Shown: piece by piece, positions 12,903-26,533 of the stretch
Position numbering within the stretch: position 1 is the first letter of the stretch
Layout: every line of letters begins with the position of its first letter
Source of the DNA: Squalus acanthias
Lineage: Eukaryota
DNA length: 64,000 nucleotides
Direction of reading: 5' to 3'
Assembly: GCA_030390025.1 (NCBI GenBank)
Contig: CM059431.1
Location: 127,474,001 to 127,538,000, forward strand
The notes under the pieces: model-generated
What the model was told of the DNA's origin: nothing
Database searches by the model: none
What the model saw: the letters and a program-made list of their open reading frames with translations, nothing else
Made by a program: the position numbers and the translations under genes

Positions 12903-14123
12903 CTATGCAAATCTGGCCAGGATAAGTGCATGCCTTGCATCACGGGCAGCCATGTGCTCGCGTGCTGCCGGTCGATAGGCTGGCGCTCGGTCCTCCTCCT
13001 GCTCCTCCTCCTCCTCATCCTGCTCCTCCTCCTCCTCATCCTCATCCTCATCTGAGGAGGCTATGAACTGAGCCACTTGCTCATCAGGAAGCTGCAAGCC
13101 ACGATGCTGTGCCATGTTGTGCAGTGCACAGCAGACCACGACCATTCTGGAGACCCTGGCTGCTGAATACTGCAGGGCTCCACCTGATCTGTCAAGGCAT
13201 CTGAATCGCATCTTCAACAACCCAATGGTTTGCTCTATGATGGACCTGGTCGAAGTGTGGCTGGCGTTGTAGCGCTCTTCAGCCTCGTTAGTTGGCCTCC
13301 TGATCAGCGTCATTAGCCACTTCTTCAGGGGGTAGCCCTTGTCACCAAGGAGCCATCTGTTAAGTTGGTTTGGCGGATTGAAGAGCGGAGGAACACTAGA
13401 GTTCCGCAGGATGAAAGAGTCATGGCAACTACCACAGAACTTGGCGCAAAAATGCAAAATCTCCTTCTATACATTGAGGGAGTCGAAGCCCTTTTGGTTG
13501 ACAAAGATAGCTGGGTTGTGATGGGGAGCCCTAAGGGCTACATGTGTGCAGTCTAGGACACCCTGCACCATTGGCAAGCCTGCCATATTTTCAAAGCCAA
13601 CTGAACGTGCGGTGACACTTGCTTGATCCCTTAAGAAGTAGATGTAATTGTGGGCCTTTGCGAAAAGGGCATTGGTAACCTACGTGATGCAACTGTGGGC
13701 GGCTGACTGGGAGATGCCGCTGATGTTGCTGATGGTCCCTGGAAGGAGCCTGAGGCAAAAAAGTTCAGTGCGGTGGTGACTTTGACAGCCACTGGTAAGG
13801 GGTGTCCACCCGCTCCTCTGGGCTCCAGGTGTTGGTGCAGCAGAGCGCAGATGTCTCGGACAACATCTCGCGAAAGTCTCAGCCTCCTTTGGCACTGCTG
13901 CTCTCTCATGTTGAGGTAGCTCATCCTCTGTCTGTAAACCCTCTGTTGGGGGTATCTCCTGCAGTGAGGTGCTTCGATGCGCTGGCGCCTTCTGCCCTTT
14001 GCAGCATTAGGAGGGTGAGCAGGAGGTTGGGGCTCCTGCTGCTGTTGCCTGGTTCTGCTGCTGCCGTGGCTGCTCCTCATCCGAATCTGAGCTCCATGGT
14101 GAAAGGAAATAAATGGTTCCCAT
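12903..14123 (-). pseudogene. Harbinger DDE transposase (HARBI1-like), frameshifted
   Basis: [43 protein letters not shown] and an acidic tail. Confidence 0.88.
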
Positions 14124-14681
14124 GCTGCTGGCAGATACCTCCGTTGGGGAAGCGCTCAGTCCAAGCGGGGAGTTGAGAGATAGAAGCTGCAGCACCTCCG
14201 ACTTCGGTAGGCCTGCTAAAAGTGCTGAAAAACCATTTGTACAGAAGTTCTGCCACCTGCAACTGATCCCTGATGAAAGCTCTGTTTTAATGGTGGAGCT
14301 GCAGCTGTGAGGAGGTCACCCACTTGTCAACCTGCCAGGTTTAGCTGGCGTGGTTTAGGAGGGTTGTGGAACACGCTGAAAATGTGGAAAAATAAAGAGG
14401 GCCTGTCAAAATAGGAATATAGAGGCCCTTAACTACTATTTAAGGGTCTTAACTACCTCTCTGGATTGCTGGAGGCGGGACCGAATCGCACCCATCAAAA
14501 CCGCCTCTGGCAAAATTGCGCAGTGGCGGGTTGGAGGCGGGTTCCGAACCTGCACTCAGTTTTTGCTATTTTGCCAACTGTCCCACCTCCAAACCCCCCT
14601 CTTCGGGGCTGGGAAAATCGTCCCCTAAGACTTTTCCTTGATGGAATGGTCATTACATAGCACTTATGTGGTGCCAATGTT

Positions 14682-14765
14682 CTTCTTCTTCTTCTTAGGC
14701 AGTCCCTCGGAACCGAGGATGACTTGCTTCCACATTAAAAATGAGTTCTCAGATGACTGATGAGT
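14682..14765 (-). mobile_element. RTE LINE 3'-end fragment
   Basis: Matches 26455-26530; (AAG)n tail; TSD CCAATGTT at 14674-14681 and 14766-14773. Confidence 0.8.
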
Positions 14766-15274
14766 CCAATGTTACCTGTCACTTGTCAGCCCAAGCCTGG
14801 ATATTATGCAGTTCCTGCTGTAGGTGGGCATGGGCTGCTTTTTTTTTGGAGGTGTTATGAATGGAGCCGAACACTGTATAGTCATTAATGAACAGCCCCA
14901 CTCCTGACATTATGATGGAGGGAAGGTCATTGATGAAGCCACTGAAGATGGCTGGGCCAAGGATACTTCTCTGAGGAACATCTGCAGCGATGTACTAGAC
15001 TGTGATGATTGTTCCCTGGCAACCATAACTGTCTTCCTTTGCATCAAGTATGAATCTAGCCACTGTAGGAATTTTCCCTGACCTCTGTTTTTTGGGGCCC
15101 CTTGGTGCAATTCTCAGTCAAATTCTGCCTTAATGTCGAGGGGAGCTACCCTCACCTTTAATCTGTTATTCAGCTCTTGCAACTATGTTTGGACCAAGGC
15201 TGTGATAAAGTCTGGAGCGGAGTGGTTTTGCCCAAATCTCTCCCCCGATCTGTTTTAATGATGACTGATGATTA

Positions 15275-15535
15275 ATAAATATTGGCCAGGACACTGGGGA
15301 GAACTCCGCTTCATCTTCTTCAAAGTAGTGCCATGGGATCTTTTATGTCCAGCTGAGAGGGCAGAGGAGGCCTCAGTTTAGCATCTCATACAAAAGACGA
15401 CGCCTTCGACAAAGTAGCACTCCCTCAATACTGCACTGGAGTGTCAGCCTAGATCTTTTGCTCAAATCTCTGAGAATGGGGCTTGAACCCACAACCTTCT
15501 GACTCAGAGGTGAAAGTGCTGCCACTGAGTCACGC
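15275..15535 (-). mobile_element. Deu-domain SINE, 5' half
   Basis: tRNA-like head (ggttcaagccc on the minus strand) plus Deu core, as at 37285-37750. Confidence 0.8.
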
Positions 15536-15957
15536 GGACCAACCAAACCAGCAGCTCTTAAAGTGAGTGATGGAGGCTGCTCAAAAAATGGCCCAGGAAG
15601 TTCTTCATTTTTATTTTCGTGGGATCAGGGGGAGCTGCAGTGCTCCTCCTGGGCCCACAAAAAAGCTCCAATCCTCCTCACTGGGATCGTCTCCACCCCC
15701 TGCAGACTGACCTGTCCACTGGCTCAGTGTGGCTCAGCCAGAAAATTTCTCACTCAATGCATTCGCTCATTTGCAGCCCAGAACTCGTGGGAGGCAGGCA
15801 CATGAGCATCAAACTGAAAATAGTTTGATTCCTCGACATGGATGCAGAGCGGCCAGTGTCGGGGAGAGGTGCAGCTATTGTATCGACTTTGTGACCGTTG
15901 TGGGTGGAGGTCACTGATTGGCCCCAATGAGTAGCACAATGATGGTGAATTTTGCAA

Positions 15958-16135
15958 AATATCTGGTCATTATCTCATTGCTGTTTGTGGGAGCTTGCTG
16001 TCTGCACATTGGCTGCCACGTTCTCTACATTACAAAAGTGACTACACTTAAAAAGTACATAATTGGGTGTAAACGCTTTGGGACATCCTGAGGTAATGAA
16101 AGGCCCTTTATATAAATGCTAGTCCTTCTTTATCT
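15958..16135 (+). mobile_element. Deu-domain SINE, 3' part
   Basis: tatctggtcattatctcattgctgtttgtggg...tatataaatgc. Confidence 0.75.
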
Positions 16136-16149
16136 TGTATCTTCAGGTA

Positions 16150-16590
16150 CATGGAGAGATGAGAGAAGCTGGAATTGTTCAGCTTAGAGCAGAGAAGGTT
16201 AAGGGGAGATTTAATTGAGGTGCTCAAAATTATGAGGCGTTTTGATAGAATAAATAAGGAGAAATTGTTTTCACTGGCAGGAAGGGTTGGTAACCAGAGG
16301 ACATAGATTTAAGGTAATTGGCAAAAGAACCAGAGGGGCGATGAGGAGAATTCTTTTTACGGAACGAGTTTTTGAGATCTGAAATGCGCTGCATGAAAGG
16401 GTGGTGGAAGCAGATTCAATAGTAACTTTCAAAAGGAAATTAGCTAAATTGATCAAAAGGAAACATTTGCAAGGTTATGGGGAAAGAGCAGGGGAGTGGG
16501 ACTAATTGGATAGCTCTTTCAAAGAGCCGGCGCAAGTATGATAGGCCGAATGTCCTTCTTCTGTGCTGTACAATCCTGTGATTCTACGAT
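16150..16590 (+). mobile_element. CR1 LINE 3' end
   Basis: LFSLEQRRLRGDLIEV-like coding remnant followed by the CR1 3' UTR. Confidence 0.8.
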
Positions 16591-16909
16591 CTTATTTTTA
16601 AAGTGTATGCGGTGCACAGAACCTATCGATTACATGATGCTAACAATTATAGTATATCAGATTGAAGGGTTAGATTATGTCCACAGTCAGCACAATCCTT
16701 TTCCCAAGTTGCAATAATTGAAAAAAATACTGAAATAGTAATGAGGCAATTCTCTTGTGTAACTAGTAGATCATACAGCAAACATTTTAGAGAAACATAT
16801 TTGGTTCTGTCTATAGCCTGGCAGTGTTACAGCTCTGCTCAAATGCTGAGTAAACCACCCAGTTAGTTTATAAATACATTTTTGATTTCCTACTGCTTGA
16901 GGGCAGAGA

Positions 16910-17205
16910 TTTTTTTAATTTGTTCATGGGATGTGGGCGTCGCTGGCAAGGCCGGCATTTATTGCCCATCCCTAATTGCCCTTGAGAGGCTTGCTAGGCC
17001 ATTTCAGTGGGCAGTTAAGAGTCAACCACATTGCTGTGGGTCTGGAGTCACATATAGGCTGGACCGGGTAAGAACGGCAGATTTCCTTCCCTGAAGGACA
17101 TTAGTGAACCAGATGGGATTTTACGACAATCCGGTAGTTTCATGGTCACCATTACTGATACCAGCCTTTTTATTCCAGATTTATTTAATTAACTGAATTT
17201 AAATT
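16910..17205 (-). mobile_element. LINE-related 3' fragment or SINE sharing the CR1/L2-group tail
   Basis: catgggatgtgggcgtcgctggcaaggcc...gcccatccctaattgccctt, as at 43457-43516. Confidence 0.65.
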
Positions 17206-17289
17206 CCCTGTAGTGTTACTAATTTAACATGAGGTGGTGTTAGTGACATCGCTTCCTATGTCTCACTGTTCAGCGCCTAAGGAGTTTAC

Positions 17290-17393
17290 CTTTTGTGAGT
17301 TCAATCCCCTTTTTTCCAATGCTACTAATGGATACATTCACACCATCACAACAACTCGCTGGGATAAGCAAATGTTCATGCACGCATAAATAA
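17290..17393 (-). CDS. Candidate host coding exon, gene unidentified (YLCVHEHLLIPASCCDGVNVSISSIGKKGIELTK)
   Basis: Pyrimidine-rich acceptor ...ttctaatttccaaaag, donor AAG|gtaaac, open frame, non-repetitive context. Confidence 0.35.
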
Positions 17394-17609
17394 CTTTTGG
17401 AAATTAGAATAATAGAAAACACAAACAGGGGGACAGCTAGCGAGCCTGTCAATTTGGTCAGCTGCCAGGTGGGAAACGGAATAAAAAATGCTAATGATGT
17501 CCAGTCATTATGTCCAGGACCTCCAAGTTCCCTGGCCTTGCCGGGTTCTTCATCTGCTCGGTCTCCCCAGCTCCCTCCCTGCGTCCCCATAAATATCGGG
17601 GGCTATGCC

Positions 17610-18030
17610 TCTATAAATAAAGCCAAGGATCCCATATACTTTTTTAACAGCCTTCTCAACTTATCCTGCCCCCTTCAAAGACTTATGTATATACACCCCC
17701 CAGGTTTCTCTTTAAAAGTGTACCATTTAGTTTATATTGCCTCTCCTCATTCTTCCTCCCAAAATGCATCACTTGACACTTCTCTGCGTTAAATTGCATC
17801 TGGCATGTGTCTGCCCATTTAGCCAGTCTGTCTATGTCCTCCTGACTGTTTACTACATTTCTGAGTTTTGCGTCAGCTGCAAACTTTGAAATTCTGCCCT
17901 GTATATCCAATTCCAATATATTAATATATATCAAAAAGAGCAGTGGTCCTAATACCGAGCCCTGGGGGACACCATTGTATACGTCCTTCCAGTTTGAAAA
18001 GCAACTGTTCACCACTGCTCTCTGCTTTCT
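17610..18030 (-). mobile_element. CR1 LINE RT fragment
   Basis: GVPQGSVLGPLLFLIYIN, KFAADAKL, QMQFNAEKCQVMHFG. Confidence 0.85.
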
Positions 18031-20198
18031 GTCTCTTTCATTTAAGGTTATGCAGATAATCATCAATATGTACGTGTAAATATAAAGTCCGCACAGCACC
18101 TCAAAAGGATGAAATTCAGCTCCAAATTTCCTTTGATGTTGCGTAGCCTCATATTTTCTCTAATCCTAATTACTACTAAAGTAAAATCTTTTCTACAGTG
18201 TAAGCTACTCAGAAAAAGATGAATAAATTAATAATGAAGATAATATGTTAGACATCATTTTGAACTGCCTTGGGCTGTATTACTATAGCAACTTCTCTAC
18301 TCATTTACTTTGGATTGAAAGGTAAAGCTTATTCATTTTTTTAGCATACCTTAATATGGTGAGGATTTTTGAATTTGTTTTGTAATGCCTTGTTCGGATA
18401 TAAGGTTTATTATCTATTCCTTTGTCAGACCAGCCATCATATTAACTTGGACTTTGTATTCCTTATGCATCGCAGGGGAGTTTGATTATGCTAATTTAGT
18501 AATAAAGATGGGGATTTTATTACCATTTTGAAACTGACCTATTCCATCTGAGTAAGATAATTAGCTCCGAGGTGTTCAGATTCTGATTACTTTCAATTCT
18601 GCCATTGTTGTGTAATGATGCCTACTATTTTGAACTATTCTAGTGCAGTAGTCCTGTAATGTTGCTCAGAGTGACTCAAAGGATATGGGAATTGCTAGGT
18701 TGTAAGTTTATTCAGAAAGAGTGAAGTGAGAGGAGGGTTCCAGGGATGAACTACTGCTATGGATACATTTAAAATATTCCTTCTGGTACACCTATACTTA
18801 CAACTAATTTGTTCTTAGCTGCTTTTAACACATTAACAATTGAGTTTGTATTGTGCAGACACTGCCAGGAGCTACTTTGTGCTTACCATACATTCAAATG
18901 CTTTTATAAAGTGAAACATTAAATAGATATTATTATGCTATAGATTTAACTCCTGATAGAATTTTTTTTTTTAATTATCTGTTGGGTCGTTCAATAGATT
19001 CGATAAGAATCTTAGTGATAAGCTGAATTCACTCAAAAGATGAAATAAACTTAAGATTCCCAGATGGATTAGCTGATGAATCAAACATATAGCTAAGCAT
19101 TTAGACCATAAAACCCCCAGTTTCACTTCCAGGCCAAGAGTCTCTCTTTAAGGCAGAATTATGGTGGGGTGGAGCTCCTGCCCGCCCTTCCAAGTCTGCC
19201 CAACCTCGACCCATTTCCCTAGGTTCATCCTTAAGAATGCCAGGCTCTCAGTGGGATTCTTGCCACCAGGACGGTGTCTGCCAGTGCTGCAGTGGGGATG
19301 CCGATACTGCACCAGAAGAGCTGCAGAGACCCCTGAAAGAGTTCGAAGCACCCCAAAGATTAGAATCACAGTCCCACTGAAGTCCTTGGCCAAGACTAAG
19401 GCCATCAGCAGGTAAGTGGGGTCAGACTAAAGGTAAATGAAGCCACTAAAAGGATCTCTCCTTCCATGAGGGGACTTTAAGGCCTTTACTACCACTTCCC
19501 AGGGCCTACCCAGGACAAGAGCCCTTTGTTGCTATTTTCATGCAGCAGGTAGGGGCAGAGTGAGGAAAATTCTGGTTGGAAAGATGAGGTGACAGTAGAC
19601 CTCTCTGCCCAAATTTTACCCTCATTTTCTGCCACGATTTCAGCTGGGTTGTAGAGGAGAATCCTGGTTACAATCATTTTCTACGCCCCTATCCAGCCTA
19701 AATTTAGCCTCAGCCCCCTTAGTTTGAGGAGATGGTGGGGTGTGGGAGGCGGGGAGGAATCTGTCCCCAGTTGTAAAATATGCATGCGTGAACATTGGGT
19801 ACAGACAGGAATGGGTTCATTGTGAAATGCCATGTAGTCAATTAGCATGCCAGCACTCACTGTCTCAGCTCACACATGAAGAATCAACACTTCAGTGAAG
19901 TACCAGAGGCAGATCAGCACTTGTGGAACTGTACTGGAGAAGAGAATAAAACTTTGCAACAACTTGGGAGAAAAGTTCACATTGTACAGACAAATCACCA
20001 TTATTTCAATAACAATTCAATAACTTTCAGTAAGTATTTTGCATGAAAATATGTCTGTACCAAGTCTTTAATTCTGACATTCTAAATCTAAAGGATAGAT
20101 ACATTTGATTTTTTTAAGCTAGAATTTAATTAACGTTTTCTAACTGGGTCAGCAGAATATCAGTTCAATTATACTGAAACCTGTTTAAATACACATGC

Positions 20199-20291
20199 CT
20201 TGAAATCCGGCTCTTCAAACAATATTCGGAGGTATAAAATCCCTCTCTCTTCTATTTTCTCTACTATTTTAATGGAAGCAATAACCGGCGA
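20199..20291 (-). CDS. Candidate host coding exon, gene unidentified (SPVIASIKIVEKIEERGILYLRILFEEPDFK)
   Basis: 93 nt, phase 0; acceptor ctctttgctactttaaag; possible GC donor AAG|gcatgt; CpG-containing segment within AT-rich DNA. Confidence 0.45.
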
Positions 20292-20689
20292 CTTTAAAGT
20301 AGCAAAGAGATTTCATGCTAACGTGTTAAAGATTCATGCACTAATATTCAAATAGCCAAATATCAAGGCAACAGTTTCTGACGTTAATTTATAATTTAAA
20401 CGTGAAGGACATTTTTCTAATGTTATGCTTATTATTTTAGCCTATATTTTTAATGTTAGAACCATATACAATATATTAATTCACAAGTCAACTTCTTAAA
20501 TTACCAGAAATTATTTCAAAACTTAAAATCCAGTTGTTCCTGACAATTTTCATTAACTCTTTTCCTTTCATTCATTTAAATGTTAGCACAGTTGAATTTT
20601 CAATAAGATAAATAATGCAGCACTCTATTTTATAATTTAAAAAAAGTATAAGTTGTGCGATTAAGATTAAGGAAAGTTTAAAACATTTG

Positions 20690-21581
20690 GCGGGAAAAAT
20701 TCAGTCGCGCCCCGTTTGGGGCGCAAATATCGTCCGGGCGCAAAGATTAGCGTCTGGCGCTAATTATCGCCACTGACTGGAAACTTCACTTTTAAGCCCC
20801 GGGAGGTGATTGGAGCGCTAAATCAGGCGCTGCACACCTGTCTTAAGGCGCAAAGGCCGAGGAGTGAGGCGCTAACTCAGAGCGCTGGCGAAGCTCATGT
20901 GATGTCAGTCAGCAATGGAACACACACACAATGGCACGGGCCAGTTCTTAAAGGGGATGGTTGATCTTGCTTTCCATCCACATCCTGCTCATTGCAGCCT
21001 TGAATCTCGGCCTGGAGAGACCTGCACATCAAATCTGCTGGAAAGAACAATGGAGAGTACCAGGCAAAGAGCTCAGAGTGCAGCCCCCACAGTCTCTTCT
21101 AAATCGATACAAGGAATGGCAAATCAAAATGAACCTGCAAAGTGCTGCTCAGTACCCAAAACTCCTTCACACAACGTTGAATCTCTCCAGAAGTCTCTCT
21201 CACTCTCTCTCAGAATCCGTAGTTCAAAAATGGCACCAACAATAAAAGGCAGGAAGCAGTCACCTTTAAATAGCGCTCCCCCTTTCCCTTCATGACAGAA
21301 GAACGCTCCTATCAACCTGTCGTTGCTAGCGTCAGGCGGTAAGGCAGGGGGCGCCACTCAATATCCGCTCCGGGGCAATACCGGGGCGTTGCGCACTCGA
21401 GTGACGTCACGATCTGCCGGCGCAGGAGATCGTGGCGGTAGTGTTTAGCGCCGCCGCAAAATGTCTAGTTAATTTCGCGAGCGGCGCAAACTTCGCCGCG
21501 CCCGGGCGCTACCTGCTTTGCGCCCCATTAGCGCCCTCTTAAGGCGCTAATGGGAGGCACAACCAACTGAATTTTTCCCCC
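20690..21581. mobile_element. Non-autonomous Harbinger-type element
   Basis: TIRs GCGGGAAAAATTCAGT / ACTGAATTTTTCCCCC; 3-bp TTG on both sides; CpG-rich subtermini. Confidence 0.8.
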
Positions 21582-21733
21582 TTGTTATTTTAGAAACTCT
21601 AGTTGTTTTGATGGATAGCTGTATAAGGAAGAGAAGTCCTTTTGGCACAATTTCCAAGCTGGACATTAAAACCTGCTGAACTGTGGCAAAGCAGCGAAAC
21701 CAGATGGTGCTAGCAAGAAGGAACAAAGACTTT

Positions 21734-23670
21734 GGCCGCAATTTTGCGCCTGGAGGCGGGATGGTGGTGGGTCCGCTGTTCGGTGGGTTCCGAACCCACT
21801 CCTGGCTCCCGCCGCCCTGCAGTTGAAATTTTCCATTGATTGGCCTCGTTAAGGCCGACGCGCGGGTTCTCCAAGGCAATTGTTGGTGCGGGTCAGCTGC
21901 TCGGTCTGATGAAGCGATGTTGGACTGATTATTTAAAGGGGCCATGTCCCCTCTGCAGATTCATTCCCATTTTGTTCCCTGAAGTGCTGGCTGCTGCAGG
22001 TATGGCAGCGCAAAAACCTAAGGCTGCTCCCCGCTTCGATGAGGACTACCTGCATGCTCTTGTGGAGGGAGTATGAGGACGTAAGGAGGTCCTCTTCCCT
22101 GGAGGCGGAAGGAGGCGGCCTCCTCAGCATACCAAGGCAGCTTGGCTGCAAATTGCTGAGGAGGTCAGCATACGCACCTGGGAGCAGTGTCCAAGAGGTA
22201 TAATGATCTGTAGCATTCAGCAAAAGTGAGTATAGCATCACACTTACCTTCCATCTGCCTCCCATCTCTTCTCATCCCCATCACTCTGCATTGGCAACCT
22301 TCCCCTGCACATCCCAACTCAGTCTAACATCCTATGCACTCTCACCCATCCCTCTCTTCATCTGTACAGAATCACGTCACCATCTTACACCCTTATGCAA
22401 TGCCAACAATTAACAATGCACAGGGAGGGAACTTGGTTTGTGCACATCACTCCTTCATAGTCTCCCTCTAAACATCTATGTCATCCATTCTTTACATTCA
22501 CTCCATCAATCTCTCTCAAACTCCACTTGTGTCCCTCATTACAGGAGAAGAAAGCCCACAATAAAAGGGAGAGGGGGAGGACAGGAGGAGGCCCACCATC
22601 CCTGGCGCACCTAACGAGCGCTGAGGAGGCAGCCCTGGAGATCGTCAGAGGTGCAGAGGAGCTGGAAGTGGGGGACGGAGAGACGGATATAGAACAGCAA
22701 GCTGGTGACAGAATTGATTTCCAACCTTCTGATTTAGCATTCATGAGTGACAAATATGGGAGATGATGTTCATAGAGATTGAGTGCTAAGCATCTGCACA
22801 ATGGGTGCCTTTACTCCCTCACAGGATCATCGAGAGCCCCGCTCCCCATTGTCCAGGAGGAAGAGTAGGAGCATTCCTCAGAAGAACCACCAGCCTCTGA
22901 GGGAGCAACGTCACCAGCATTCAGCGCACACAGCACCAGCGCAGAGACGTACACCTCGGTGGGTAGTTTGCGAGATAGAGTAGTTGTCACCTGGTGAATC
23001 ACAGCTCGCAAGTGAGCAGGAGCAGATGTTGGAGACAGGTACAGCAGTGGAGAGTCCTCGTCGGAGGACGCTGGGCTCTCCCAGCTCTGCTCAGCTGCAT
23101 GTAAACACTGAGCCTCTGGGCCATCCAGAAAGAGAGCGGTGCTGGAGCTTCAGGAACAAGTGCAGGAGGCTCTGAGTGGGTTTGCTTCCATGGTAACTGC
23201 GAGTGTGCAGAGAATGGAGGAGTCCATTTTAAACATTAGCAATGCGGTGGTGAACGCTATGGGTAATCTAGGTGCTGCCATGGAAAGGATGGCAACCTCC
23301 ATGGAGGACCTAGCTCGCCAGACACAAGCCAACATGGTGGCTCTTCTAGATAGATGGGCAGCTATGGAGGATAGAAGGCCATCTATCATGGAGAGGAACC
23401 AGAGGTACATGGACATCCTGGTTATGAGGACTGTCAGGACAGAGATGGGTCCACATGGCCCCACCGATGTGCAGCAAGGTGCTCTCCAGCAACTTGCTAG
23501 CAGTGAAGTGCGGTTGACTGATGAGAGGGACGGTGGTGTTCGAGCACAAGGAAGTGGGGGCACCTCTCCAAGCGCTCACACTCCCTTGCCACTGTCGAGC
23601 ACTCGGTCAGAGCCCCATCTGCCTGAGCCAACAGAGATGGCCGAGTCTGCCCCTGAACAGCCGCAGGTGC
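21734..23670 (+). mobile_element. Harbinger copy 2, truncated; only the Myb/SANT-like gene (from ATG 22002) remains
   Basis: Terminus GGCCGCAATTTT; AAPRFDEDYLHALVEGV, EKKAHNKRERGRTGGGPP, LELQEQVQEAL. Confidence 0.8.
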
Positions 23671-23949
23671 GGGACTTCCTTGTCAACCCCGGTGTCTCCT
23701 TCCTGTACGCGTGGCCTTTCAAACAAAGGACCATGCTGACCACCGGGCAAAGGAGCCCCTACTGACTTCTGCCGTTTTGTGTCTTCACAAACAAAGAACA
23801 CATGCTGACTTCCTACATTTTGAATCCGTCTGTAACCATTTCACAATTCATTCTGAACTTCGATCTGCACACGGTAGCAGGGGTTTTATTACAATTTTTA
23901 GAATCTTACAAATCACAAGGGTTCTCACTTGGGTGTTATGATAGATTTA

Positions 23950-24225
23950 TTTGCTCCACCTTCCCTTTTGTCTCTTAATCTCTCCTGCCTTCCATCCTAT
24001 CACAGACCTTCCCTTTTGTTTTTTCCTCCCTTCCCCCCTCTCCCTGCCCTTCCACTTGCTTAAAAACCTGTTCCATCTCCAACTTTTTCCAGTTCTGACA
24101 AAGGGTCATCGACCTGAAACGTTAACTCTGTTTCTCTCTCTACAGATGCTGCCTGACCTGCTGAGTATTTCCTGCATTTTCTGTTTTTATTTCAGATTTC
24201 CAGCATCCGCAGTATTTTGCTTTTG
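23950..24225 (+). mobile_element. Terminal fragment of a second Penelope-like family with a hammerhead-like motif at 24095-24125
   Basis: CTGACAA-A-GGGTC-ATC-GACCT-GAAA-CGTTAAC (one core base deviates from CTGANGA). Confidence 0.6.
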
Positions 24226-24395
24226 AGATAGTGGATGCATTGGTTGTCATTTTCCAAAATTCCATAGATTCTAGAACGGTTCCTGCAGATTGAAAGGTAG
24301 CAAATGTAACCCCACTATTTAAGAAAGGAGGGAGAGAGAAAACGGGAAACTACAGACCAGTTAGTCTGACATCAGTAGCAGGGAAAATGCTTGAA
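24226..24395 (+). mobile_element. CR1 LINE fragment
   Basis: ANVTPLFKKGGREKTGNYRPVSLTS coding remnant. Confidence 0.75.
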
Positions 24396-24639
24396 CCCAA
24401 ATACTGCCATTTAGATTAGTTACTGACTAGTGAAACAACAACAAATAGACTTCAAGAAAACAATTTTAACCAGTAAATTGGTGAGGAAATGATTTCAAAA
24501 GAAACATCATCCGTGTCAAAACTTGAGTTTATTTCATTCAAATCTAATTTAATTAAAGGACTAAGGCAATTTTGCTCACTCACAAGATCAATAAATGCTC
24601 ATTGATATTAACCCCATGCACTTTCTGTATTCTGATTGA

Positions 24640-24929
24640 ATACCAAAGAAAGAAAAAAAATGTGTATTATATATAGTGCTTCATCACATCTTTAGGACAT
24701 CTCAGAGCATTTCACCTCCAATGAATTGCTTTTTGAAGTGTTGTCACTGCAATGTAGGTAAACATTGCAGCCAATTTGCACACTTAAAGGTCCCATAATC
24801 AGCACTGAGATAAATGGGCAATTATCGGTTTTTGGAAGTGTTTGTTGAGGGATAAATGTTGGCAAGGATACTGGAGAACTTAGTGTTCTTCTTCGAATAG
24901 TGATATGGCCTCTTCATGGCATCTTTTAC
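24640..24929 (-). mobile_element. Deu-domain SINE, interrupted by the RTE; continues at 26534-~26720
   Basis: Similar to 37300-37570. Confidence 0.65.
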
Positions 24930-26533
24930 GCCGTAATTGTGACCATCTTCAAGAAAGGTGACAAGTCTGATTGCGGTAATTACAGAGGAGTTTCCCTGCT
25001 GTCTGTCACAGGGAAAGTCATCGCAAGAATCCTCCTCAATCGCCTTCTCCCAGTGGCTGAGGAGCTCCTCCCAGAGTCGCAATGCGGATTCCGCCCACTA
25101 AGGCGCACAATGGACATGATCTTCACCGCGCACCAATTACAAGAGAAATGCAGGGAACAGCACTAACCACTGTACATGGCTTTCTTTGACCTCACAAAGG
25201 CCTTTGACACTGTCAACCGTGAGGGATTATGGAGTGTCCTCCTCAAATTCGACTGCCCTCAAAAGTTTGTCACCATTCTCCGCCTGCTTCACGACGACAT
25301 GCAAGCCATGATCCTAACCAACGGTTCCACCACAGACCCAATTCATGTACGGACCGGGGTCAAGCAAGGCTGTGTCATTACACCAACGCTCTTCTCGATC
25401 TTCCTTGCGGCAATGCTCCATCTCACCCTCAGTAAGCTCCCCGCTGGAGTGGAGCTAATTTACAGAACAAACGGGAAACTGTTCAACCTCCGTCGCCTCC
25501 AGTCCAGATCCAAGGTCGTCCCTTCCTCTGTCGTCGAATTACAGTATGCAGACGACGCTTGCGTCTGCGCACACTCGGAGGTCGAAATCCAAACCATCAT
25601 TAACACCTTCACCGAAGCGTATGAGAGCATGGGCCTTACACTAAACATCCGTAAGACAAAGGTCCTCTACCAACTTGCCCCCGCCACACAGTACTGCCCC
25701 CCGATTATCAAAATCCATGTCAAGGCCTTGGACAACGTGGACCACTTTCCATACCTCGGGAGCCTACTGTCAACAAGGGCAGACATCGATGACGAAGTCC
25801 AACACCACCTTCAGTGTGCCACTGCAGCCTTCAGTCGCCTGAGGAAGAGAGTGTTTGAAGACCAGGACCTCAAACCCGGCACCATGCTCATGGTCTACAG
25901 AGCAGTAGTAATACCCACCCTCCTGTATGCCTCAGAGACATGGACCATGTACAGCAGGCACCTCAAAGCACTGGAGAGGTACCACCAATGCTGCCTCCTC
26001 AAGATCCTGCAAATCCATTGGCAGGATAGGCGCACCAACGTCAGTGTTCTCGCTCAGGCCAATATCCCCAGCATCGAAGCTTTGACCACGCTCGCTCAGC
26101 TCCTATGGACGGGTCACTTCGTCCGCATGCCCGATACGAGACTCCCAAAACAAACGCTCTACTCGGAGCTCCGACATGGCAAGAGAGCCCAAGGTGGGCA
26201 GAGGAAACGCTTCAAGGACACCTTGAAAAAGTGCAACATCCCCACCGACACCTGGAAATCCCTGGCCCAAGACCGTACAAAGTGGAGGAGAAGCATCTGG
26301 GAAGGCGCCGAACACCTCGAGTCTCTTCGCCGGGAGCAAGCAGAAGCCAAGCGTAAGCAGCGGAAGGCGCGCACGTCAACCCAAGCACCCCACCCACCCG
26401 CCCCTTCAACCACCGTCTGCCCCACCTGTGACAGAGACTGTCGGTCCCGCATTGGGCTCATCAGTCACCTGAGAACTCATTTTTAATGTGGAAGCAAGTC
26501 ATCTTCAGTTCCGAGGGACTGCCTAAGAAGCAG
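24930..26533 (+). mobile_element. RTE-clade LINE, 5'-truncated (RT 24930-26486 with one stop at 25164-25166)
   Basis: PESQCGFR, DLTKAFD, GVKQGC, YADD, C-terminal CxxC...HxxxH; AAG tail; 76-bp flanking direct repeat. Confidence 0.93.

Larger units (their letters stand above)
10469..14625. mobile_element. Harbinger/PIF DNA transposon copy 1 (full length, decayed)
   Basis: TIRs GGGGGCGATTTTCCCA / TGGGAAAATCGTCCCC (15/16 match); TAA on both sides; two convergent genes. Confidence 0.92.

Noticed and set aside
12842..13055. Poly-Arg and poly-Leu ORFs
   Set aside because: They are alternate frames of the (GAG)n acidic tail of the transposase.
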